From a virus, in IMG/VR virus record IMGVR_UViG_3300032236_001478, positions 1-64,000 of that record: a stretch of 64,000 bases of DNA; one strand, written 5' to 3'. Position numbers and translations under genes: made by a program. Under the pieces are notes generated by a model, which was not told the DNA's origin, made no database searches, and saw nothing but the letters and a program-made list of their open reading frames with translations. The stretch's first letter is position 1, and every line of letters begins with the position of its first letter. Of this stretch, positions 57,122 to 64,000 are shown piece after piece.

Positions 57122-59974
57122 ATGGCAAATTCAAACAAAGTCTTCGTTTCTCCTGGTGTTTATACCTCAGAAACAGATTTAACTTTCGTGGCACAGAGTG
57201 TAGGTGTTACAACATTAGGTTTAGTTGGTGAGACTTTACAAGGTCCAGCATTTGAACCTGTGTTAATATCTGATTTTACTACCTTCAAAACATACTTTGG
57301 TGGTACTTCACCAATTGTTGACATAAACGGATACCCAAAATATGGTCTACCGTATGTCGCAAAAGCATATTTACAAGAATCTAACCAATTATTCGTAACT
57401 CGTATTTTGGGATTAACTGGCTACATGGCAGGTGTAACTTATGGTATTACTGCTTTAGGTGGTATGACTGTTGATTTAACATCATATGGTACTACAACTG
57501 GAACAGCAAATCCACATACTCATGCTGCAATGACTGGTGGTACTTTTTATCATGAATTAACTGGATATACATCTGTAAATGGTAATTCATTTGCAGCATA
57601 TATTGAAGCTCATTATAGTGGTATTACAAATGCAGACAATGGTAAATGGTTTACAATAGGTGCAATTCCTAGTGGACACACTCCAGGCGGTACTCAATTA
57701 GTTTCTCCATTAACTGGAAGATTAGTTGACAATACAACAAATGGTAAAGAGTGGTATAATATTTTAACAAATGGTGTTGATGAAGTTTACACATATGTGT
57801 TTGTTTATAATAGTGGTGACACATCATTCCACGTAACAAAATACACATTTGATGCTATGGTAAATCAAGATTACGATGGTAAAGTGGTGTGTTTATTGAG
57901 ATCAAGAGGTCAATATCATAGAGAAAACTTAGTTTATCAAGTTACAGGTAATGAGGCAGTTTCTATTACAACACCTAACAATATGACAATAAACCCAAAA
58001 GCAGAATTTACAATTTCTGTAACTCCTGATACTGGCGGAACAAAAACATATACTATTTCTTTGGATAATACTGATACAAAATATGTAACTAAAGTATTAG
58101 GTGTAGATCCATTTGATAAAGAAATGGGTGCATATCCATTATACACTTACGAGGCGTATCCAAATTTAATTTCCCAATTATATTCAAAAGGTTTAATTAG
58201 AGGTTTAAATACAAATATTGTTTCTCAAGATGAGGGAACTGATTTTGTTGGACAATATCAACATCCAGTATCTCCAATGGTAGTTTCTGAAGTAAGAGGT
58301 GGTGTAGTTACAGATTTATTTAGTTTCATTGCAGTTTCTGATGGTGATGCCGGTAACTATATCAACAAAATCAGTATTGAAAATATTAACTTAAACACAG
58401 GTGAATTTGATGTACTTATTCGTAGTTTTAATGATAGTGACGATAACGTAGTTGCTGTTGAAACATACAAAAGATGTACAATGGACCCAACTGCTCCTGG
58501 TTTCATCGGTAAAAAAATAGGTACTGCAGATGGTTTATATACATTGAATAGCAAATATGTAATGTTAGTTTTAGCTGATAATTTTGCTACAGACGCAATT
58601 CCTGCAGGATTTAAAGGATGTTATACTAAAGATAATATTGGTGGTCTTGTTTATAAAACTGAGTATCACCAATCTGGTGATGTGGTATCTTACTTATCTG
58701 ATGGTACACCAGTTATCACAAATGGTGATAAAGTTAAAAGAACAAGCTTAGGTTTAAGTTCATCATCTCAAAGTGGTGCAAGTTATGATAATGACATGTT
58801 CAAATACAAAGGTGCTTCTTCTTTAAGTGGTGTTACTACTTTCGGTTTCCACCTTTCATCTAATGCATCTGGAATTGTTGATAATTCTGACAACGTTTTA
58901 TTCAAAACAACTCCTTATGATTTAGAAGGTCAATCTGGAACATACAATCCATTAACAGCAACAACATATTGTAAATTTACAATGCCTATGTTTGGTGGTT
59001 TTGACGGTTGGGATATCTACAGACAAACAAGAACAAATACTGATCAATACATTTTTGGTAAACCTGATTATACATCTGGAAATACTTTAAATGGTGGTGT
59101 ATTCAGTACTACAATTCCTAACTCTGATTACTATTCTTTTTTACAAGGTATTCAAACATTTGCAAACCCAGAAGCAGTTAATATCAACGTATTTGCAACT
59201 CCAGGTATCGATTGGTCAAACAATTTATCTTTAGTTACACAAGCAATTGATATGATTGAAAACGATAGAGCAGATTCACTTTATATTATTGATTCACCTA
59301 ATGATACTGATGTTAATTCAATCACTTCTTCATTCTATGATCAAGGAATTGATAGTAACTATTCAGCAACATACTGGCCTTGGATACAAATTTTAGATGC
59401 GGATAACGCAACTCAATTGTTCATACCTCCAACAGGTGAAGTAGTTAAGAATATAGCATTAACAGATAACGTAGCTTATCCTTGGTTCGCAGTAGCGGGA
59501 TATACAAGAGGTTTAGTTAAATCTATTAAGGCAGCTAAAAAATTAACATTAGACGATAGAGATAATTTATATAAAAATAGAATTAACCCTATTGCTACTT
59601 TCTCTGATACCGGAACTATTATTTGGGGTAACAAAACTCTTCAAATTAGAGAATCTGCGTTGGATAGAATTAATGTTAGAAGATTGTTACTAAGAGCAAG
59701 AAAATTAATTTCTGCTGTTGCAGTTAGATTGTTATTTGAACAAAATGATGATACTGTAAGACAAGAATTCTTAAGATTAGTAAATCCAATCTTAGATGCT
59801 ATTAAAAAAGAAAGAGGTTTAACAGATTTCCGTGTAACGGTATCTAGTGATCCTTCGGATATAGATAATAATTTGATGGTTGGTAAAATATTCATAAAAC
59901 CAACTAGATCATTAGAATATATAGATCTGAATTTCGTAATAACTCCAACTGGAGCTTCATTCGAAAACGTATAA
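57122..59974 (+). CDS. tail sheath protein (gp18-like)
   Basis: SPGVYTSETD, YWPW, PWFAVAG..RG, WGNKTL, RINVRRL, IKPTRSLEYI. Confidence 0.93.
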   Translation: MANSNKVFVSPGVYTSETDLTFVAQSVGVTTLGLVGETLQGPAFEPVLISDFTTFKTYFGGTSPIVDINGYPKYGLPYVAKAYLQESNQLFVTRILGLTGYMAGVTYGITALGGMTVDLTSYGTTTGTANPHTHAAMTGGTFYHELTGYTSVNGNSFAAYIEAHYSGITNADNGKWFTIGAIPSGHTPGGTQLVSPLTGRLVDNTTNGKEWYNILTNGVDEVYTYVFVYNSGDTSFHVTKYTFDAMVNQDYDGKVVCLLRSRGQYHRENLVYQVTGNEAVSITTPNNMTINPKAEFTISVTPDTGGTKTYTISLDNTDTKYVTKVLGVDPFDKEMGAYPLYTYEAYPNLISQLYSKGLIRGLNTNIVSQDEGTDFVGQYQHPVSPMVVSEVRGGVVTDLFSFIAVSDGDAGNYINKISIENINLNTGEFDVLIRSFNDSDDNVVAVETYKRCTMDPTAPGFIGKKIGTADGLYTLNSKYVMLVLADNFATDAIPAGFKGCYTKDNIGGLVYKTEYHQSGDVVSYLSDGTPVITNGDKVKRTSLGLSSSSQSGASYDNDMFKYKGASSLSGVTTFGFHLSSNASGIVDNSDNVLFKTTPYDLEGQSGTYNPLTATTYCKFTMPMFGGFDGWDIYRQTRTNTDQYIFGKPDYTSGNTLNGGVFSTTIPNSDYYSFLQGIQTFANPEAVNINVFATPGIDWSNNLSLVTQAIDMIENDRADSLYIIDSPNDTDVNSITSSFYDQGIDSNYSATYWPWIQILDADNATQLFIPPTGEVVKNIALTDNVAYPWFAVAGYTRGLVKSIKAAKKLTLDDRDNLYKNRINPIATFSDTGTIIWGNKTLQIRESALDRINVRRLLLRARKLISAVAVRLLFEQNDDTVRQEFLRLVNPILDAIKKERGLTDFRVTVSSDPSDIDNNLMVGKIFIKPTRSLEYIDLNFVITPTGASFENV

Positions 59975-59993
59975 AATATAATAAAAACAATTA

Positions 59994-60024
59994 AGTGGGG
60001 GATAGGCATAGTATCCCCCATTTT
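59994..60024 (+). terminator. intrinsic terminator
   Basis: GTGGGGGATA-GGCATAG-TATCCCCCAT followed by T. Confidence 0.8.
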
Positions 60025-60245
60025 AATTTTGCTGAGGTAAGGATATCGTAATTCCAATAATTTTTTTAGTATTTTTTATGATTATTTTATAAGAATTATT
60101 GGTTAAGAATAGAAAATAGTTTGAGGATATGCAAAAAGCTACGATTTTTTTTTGACAAAGTCAAATTTCAACCCCAAATTAAAATATTTTAAATAACGAT
60201 ATATTTATCTAAAAGCAAATAAACTAAAAACTAATATAGAAAAAA

Positions 60246-60734
60246 ATGGCTGATTTATTAATGAAAATGCCGGTTCCATACGAACCAAAACGTAAAAATA
60301 GGTTTATCTTAAGATTTGATTCATCTTTAGGTATAAATGAGTGGTATGTTCAATCAACTGCTCGTCCTAGTGCTAAAATTGGTGTTACTCCAATACCATT
60401 CTTAAACACATCAACTTACGTTGCTGGTAGATTTGAGTGGAACACTATTAAAGTTACATTTAGAGATCCAATCGGTCCTTCAGCTGCTCAAGCTTTAATG
60501 GAATGGTTCCGTTTACACGCTGAATCAGTTACAGGTAGAATGGGATATGCAGCAGGTTACAAAAAAGACGTTGAATTAGACATGTTAGATCCAACAGGTG
60601 TTGTGGTTGAAAAATGGATATTACAACAATGTTTCTTAGAAGATGTTAACTTTGGTGAATTATCATATGACCAGGATGGTTTAGCGACTGTAGATGCTAC
60701 TTTGAGAATGGATAGATGTATTTTAGTATACTAA
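60246..60734 (+). CDS. tail tube protein (gp19-like)
   Basis: NRFIL, YVAGR..W..I.VTFRD, GYKKD, EKWIL, L.MD. Confidence 0.88.
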   Translation: MADLLMKMPVPYEPKRKNRFILRFDSSLGINEWYVQSTARPSAKIGVTPIPFLNTSTYVAGRFEWNTIKVTFRDPIGPSAAQALMEWFRLHAESVTGRMGYAAGYKKDVELDMLDPTGVVVEKWILQQCFLEDVNFGELSYDQDGLATVDATLRMDRCILVY

Positions 60735-60756
60735 TACACTTAACATATTGATTTAC

Positions 60757-60808
60757 AATCCATTATAATTATTGTTCCATGTGGAACGTAGTTATAATGG
60801 ATTTTTTT
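60757..60808 (+). terminator. long hairpin terminator after tail tube
   Basis: AATCCATTATAATTA / TAGTTATAATGGATT arms followed by T run. Confidence 0.7.
60773..60788. promoter_or_regulatory. parS-like palindrome
   Basis: TGTTCCATGTGGAACG, 14/16 match to TGTTCCACGTGGAACA. Confidence 0.5.
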
Positions 60809-60852
60809 ATTTAAAACTTTACTTTACAATAGTTATTGTTTAAACTAGATAC

Positions 60853-61605
60853 ATGGATAATAACTTAAAAATAGACCCTTCAATCGCCTATGATGTGGTA
60901 CAGTTACCTTCAGGCGGAATACATTACACAAATAATAGAAAATCATTAAGAGTAGCGTATTTAACTGCTTCTGATGAAAATATTCTTTCTTCACCCAACT
61001 TATTACAATCGGATAGTGTTGTTGATGAACTATTAAAAAGAAAAATTTTAGATAGAGATTTCGATATTAATGATCTTGTTAATGATGATAGACAAGCAAT
61101 ATTGATTTTTTTAAGAAATACTGCATTTGGTTCAGATTATAAAATTACTATGACTGATCCAAAAACGAAAGAACCATTTGAAGCAACAATTGATTTATCC
61201 GTTATGAAAACAAGGGATTTAACATTAATTCCAGATGCAAATGGTGAATATGAATTTTATATGGAAGTATCAAAAGTTCCTGTCACTTTTAAATTTTTAA
61301 ATAATAAACAAGAACAAGAATTAGAAAAAATACGAGCTTCCGCAACAGGAAATACCGTTGCACCAACAAATACAAAAAGACTGGAAATGATGATTAAAAG
61401 CGTAAACGGCGAAAGATCATTAATGCCAATTTATAATTTCATACAAAATATGCCAATTAAAGATTCGCAAGACTTTAAAAGATTTGCAACAAAAAATAAG
61501 CCAGGATTAGATTTATTATATGAAGTTATTACCCCATCAGGAGAAAAAGTCCCAGTTTTAGTGGACTTTGGGGTTGACTTTTTTCGTCCTTTCTACGGAA
61601 TATAA
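60853..61605 (+). CDS. baseplate hub/tail assembly chaperone (gp26-like)
   Basis: LPSGG, LTASDENIL, D..AILIFLR..AFG, C-terminal DFFRP. Confidence 0.75.
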   Translation: MDNNLKIDPSIAYDVVQLPSGGIHYTNNRKSLRVAYLTASDENILSSPNLLQSDSVVDELLKRKILDRDFDINDLVNDDRQAILIFLRNTAFGSDYKITMTDPKTKEPFEATIDLSVMKTRDLTLIPDANGEYEFYMEVSKVPVTFKFLNNKQEQELEKIRASATGNTVAPTNTKRLEMMIKSVNGERSLMPIYNFIQNMPIKDSQDFKRFATKNKPGLDLLYEVITPSGEKVPVLVDFGVDFFRPFYGI

Positions 61606-61615
61606 GCAAAGTTTG

Positions 61616-61732
61616 ATGAAAGAACTTGTTTTTTTAATTAGACAAGGATTTAGTTATCAAGACTTCTTAATTATGCCAATACACGAAAGAAGATATCTTA
61701 TTGACTACATATTAGAACTTGAAAAAAGCTAA
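61616..61732 (+). CDS. gp51-like small hub assembly ORF or frameshift extension (not in ORF track)
   Basis: MKELVFLIRQGFSYQDFLIMPIHERRYLIDYILELEKS*; frame is open from 61562, across the T6 run of the upstream gene. Confidence 0.6.
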   Translation: MKELVFLIRQGFSYQDFLIMPIHERRYLIDYILELEKS

Positions 61733-61739
61733 ATTTTTG

Positions 61740-61747
61740 TATTTATA
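61740..61747 (+). promoter_or_regulatory. putative late promoter TATTTATA
   Basis: 13 nt before ATG 61761. Confidence 0.6.
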
Positions 61748-61760
61748 ATAAAATAGCTAA

Positions 61761-63695
61761 ATGCAATTAATAGATTTACTTACGGCGGATGGTAAAATAG
61801 CAACTTCAAGCGGAGCTTTTAAAAAACTAAAAGAAATTTTTAGCGACGCTGATAGAGTTAGAGATAAAATTAACGAAGGTCTTAAGGATGCCGCTACACA
61901 AATTAGTGGTGGAAACCAAAAATCTACTGCATTTTCAGATTTTGCTCAAGGTTCTATGAAAGCTATTTTAAATAGTGCATATGATAGATTAGGTAATGAA
62001 GCATATAGAATGGGTAAAAACCAACTTGGTTCTATATTTGAAGATATGGCAAAAGAAATTGCCAGCTTAAATTATGATGGTGTAATAAGTAAATTTATTG
62101 GTGGTATTTTAGGTAAATCAGCAAAAGCCGCAGAAGACATTGCTAAAATTAGTGATAAAGCTATTGAAATTGCTAAAGCTAAAGGTGGAATAGTTGGTGA
62201 ATTAGGTAATTCAATGCAAGAGACAATTTTGCAAGCGTTACCTAAAGCAACAGAAATGGGTGTTACCGTTAATGAATTAATGGAATCCACTCAAAAAATG
62301 CTTGTTAATTCAGGAAGAATTGTTACATATTCAAAAGAAACTTTAACAGACGCTTTAACATCAGGAAAAGCATTTACTGAATATTCAGGTCAAATTTTAG
62401 AAAACGGAGAAAATTTTAGAAATGTTGGAATTGGTTTAGCCGGAGCAACTGAAAATATCAATAAAATTGGAGCAAAAAGTGTTGCAATAGGTCTTAATGC
62501 TAAAGAAGTTACTAAGACTGTAATGGCAAATTTAGATAAATTAAATGAATACGGTTTTAAAAATGGTGTTGAAGGTTTATCTAGAATGGTACAAGAAGCA
62601 CAGTCTTTAAACATGAAAATGGACAGCGTTTTTAAAATTGCAGAAAAAGGGTTTAGTCCAGAAAGTGCTATTGAATTAAGTGCAAAATTATCGGTTATAG
62701 GTGGAGCTGTTGGTGCTTTTAAAGATGTACCAAGATTAATGTATGACACAACAAATGATGCTGAAGATTTACAAAAGTCATTGTTAGAAGCCGCTTCAAG
62801 TTTAGCTACATATAATACCGAAACTAAACAATTTGAAGTGTCTGGGGCAAATATGAGAAGAGCGCATGAAATGGCTGCAGCTTTAGGTATGGATATGAAA
62901 GATTTGAATAGTTTAGCAAAAAAGGCGGCAGCAAAAATGGAAGCGATGGGGGAAATCGACATGATGGGCAATATGAGTGATGATCAAAAAGAATTTATTG
63001 CAAATATGGCTCAAGTAGGTAAGAACGGCGAAATGGTAATACATTTACCTAAAGATATTAAAGAAAAAATGGGCTTTAGTGATACTATTGTTAACTTAAA
63101 AGATTTAAGCGCAGATCAAGTAGATAACATTAAAAAATTACAAGAAGAAATGGCTGAAAAAGCCGAAAGTCCAGAAGAGATAGCTAAAGATCAACTTAAT
63201 GAAATGACAAGGTTATCAAATTTAACAAGCGCAATATATTATCAATTAGGTAATTTAATTCATCAAAGAGGAGCGGGCGCAAGAGAAAAAATAGGATTAA
63301 CTGCTAAAGGTTTGTCTGGGTCAAGCGACCTTCTTATGAGTACAATTTTTAGTAAAATTGAAGCAGGGGAAAGAGCCAGATTAGCTTCACAATTTGGAAC
63401 AGATATTATTAATTTAAAACCTAAAAACGAACCTAGTAAAGAACAATCTGATTTATTTGATAAAGTAAAAAATAACCTTAAAAAGGTTTTTGAAGATCAA
63501 AAAAAGAAAGAAGATAGAGAAGCTGGAAAAGATATCACAGGTAAATTGGACGTTAACTTAAAAATTACAAGCGATAATAATATGGACATTGCAGGTAGAA
63601 TGGATAAAGACCCTAAGTTTAGAGCTGATTTTGTTGATAGTATTACAGAAAGTGCTAGATCTTATTTTTCAAAGGGTGAAGTAATAGAAGGATAA
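61761..63695 (+). CDS. tape measure-like protein
   Basis: Ala/Gly/Lys-rich helical protein after tube and chaperone genes; MAAALGMD motif. Confidence 0.7.
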   Translation: MQLIDLLTADGKIATSSGAFKKLKEIFSDADRVRDKINEGLKDAATQISGGNQKSTAFSDFAQGSMKAILNSAYDRLGNEAYRMGKNQLGSIFEDMAKEIASLNYDGVISKFIGGILGKSAKAAEDIAKISDKAIEIAKAKGGIVGELGNSMQETILQALPKATEMGVTVNELMESTQKMLVNSGRIVTYSKETLTDALTSGKAFTEYSGQILENGENFRNVGIGLAGATENINKIGAKSVAIGLNAKEVTKTVMANLDKLNEYGFKNGVEGLSRMVQEAQSLNMKMDSVFKIAEKGFSPESAIELSAKLSVIGGAVGAFKDVPRLMYDTTNDAEDLQKSLLEAASSLATYNTETKQFEVSGANMRRAHEMAAALGMDMKDLNSLAKKAAAKMEAMGEIDMMGNMSDDQKEFIANMAQVGKNGEMVIHLPKDIKEKMGFSDTIVNLKDLSADQVDNIKKLQEEMAEKAESPEEIAKDQLNEMTRLSNLTSAIYYQLGNLIHQRGAGAREKIGLTAKGLSGSSDLLMSTIFSKIEAGERARLASQFGTDIINLKPKNEPSKEQSDLFDKVKNNLKKVFEDQKKKEDREAGKDITGKLDVNLKITSDNNMDIAGRMDKDPKFRADFVDSITESARSYFSKGEVIEG

Positions 63696-63732
63696 TTTTA
63701 TAAAAATATCTATTTATAGTATAAACAATTAG

Positions 63733-64000
63733 ATGCCAACTCATTTAGATTTTGATGGAACAAACAGCTTTAGGAGCAAGTTAATTGCTAGGACATTACC
63801 TTCACCTAATGGCCCTCAAACATACACGTCCACAAATTATAACTTTGGCACACTTTCAGATTATTCAGATATTAAACAAGGACCTATTGATGCATTAGAA
63901 CCATCTAAAGTAAAACAATATGGTACTTTAAACACATATAAGCCGGATCAATATTTTATTAAGGATAGATTAGAAGAATTACCTAGAAGAGCTAACTTAA
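63733..64000 (+). CDS. late protein, 3' partial
   Basis: MPTHLDFDG... open to window end; TATTTATA at 63711. Confidence 0.6.
   Translation, partial: MPTHLDFDGTNSFRSKLIARTLPSPNGPQTYTSTNYNFGTLSDYSDIKQGPIDALEPSKVKQYGTLNTYKPDQYFIKDRLEELPRRANL

Noticed and set aside
60025-60200. Long AT-rich intergenic region between sheath and tube as origin or ncRNA
   Set aside because: No iterons, stable structure or credible ORF discernible
1-64000. Stop-codon reassignment as in some large phages
   Set aside because: Core genes are full length in code 11, and TAA, TAG and TGA all terminate genes

Overview
This 64 kb window is AT-rich, uses the standard genetic code and comes from a large T4-like (contractile-tailed) dsDNA phage. 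The host is almost certainly Bacteroidota: promoters carry TAnnTTTG -7 elements, Shine-Dalgarno sites are absent, signal peptides follow the Q-rule, and the window encodes T9SS-CTD-like folds, a DUF4494-like gene and a Bacteroidota-type bS21. The core module includes terminase, portal, prohead protease, scaffold, major capsid, neck, tail terminator, sheath, tube, tail chaperone, tape measure, spike and tail fibres. Also present are a gp55-like late sigma factor, family B DNA polymerase, SNF2 helicase, PhoH, dUTPase, three glycosyltransferases and ribosomal protein bS21 between portal and protease. The first 13 kb is accessory. It holds (i) a co-oriented cell-envelope cluster (PA14/dockerin/cohesin protein, two T9SS-CTD-like lipoproteins, small membrane proteins, orphan FeoA, CsgG/HfaB-like protein, Ser/Ala-rich beta-barrel protein), the best candidate for an undescribed system; (ii) an RNA repair trio; (iii) a candidate structured small RNA; (iv) a divergent ClpC/Hsp20 pair; and (v) tandem KTSC genes plus a nucleotidyltransferase. 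Non-coding signals include a TATTTATA late-promoter motif (reverse complement of the T4 late box), often only 3-7 nt from the start codon, a parS-like palindrome inside a terminator, a likely +1/-2 tail-chaperone frameshift, and a palindrome that gives two convergent genes the same C-terminus. All family calls are by-eye motif recognition, not database searches.
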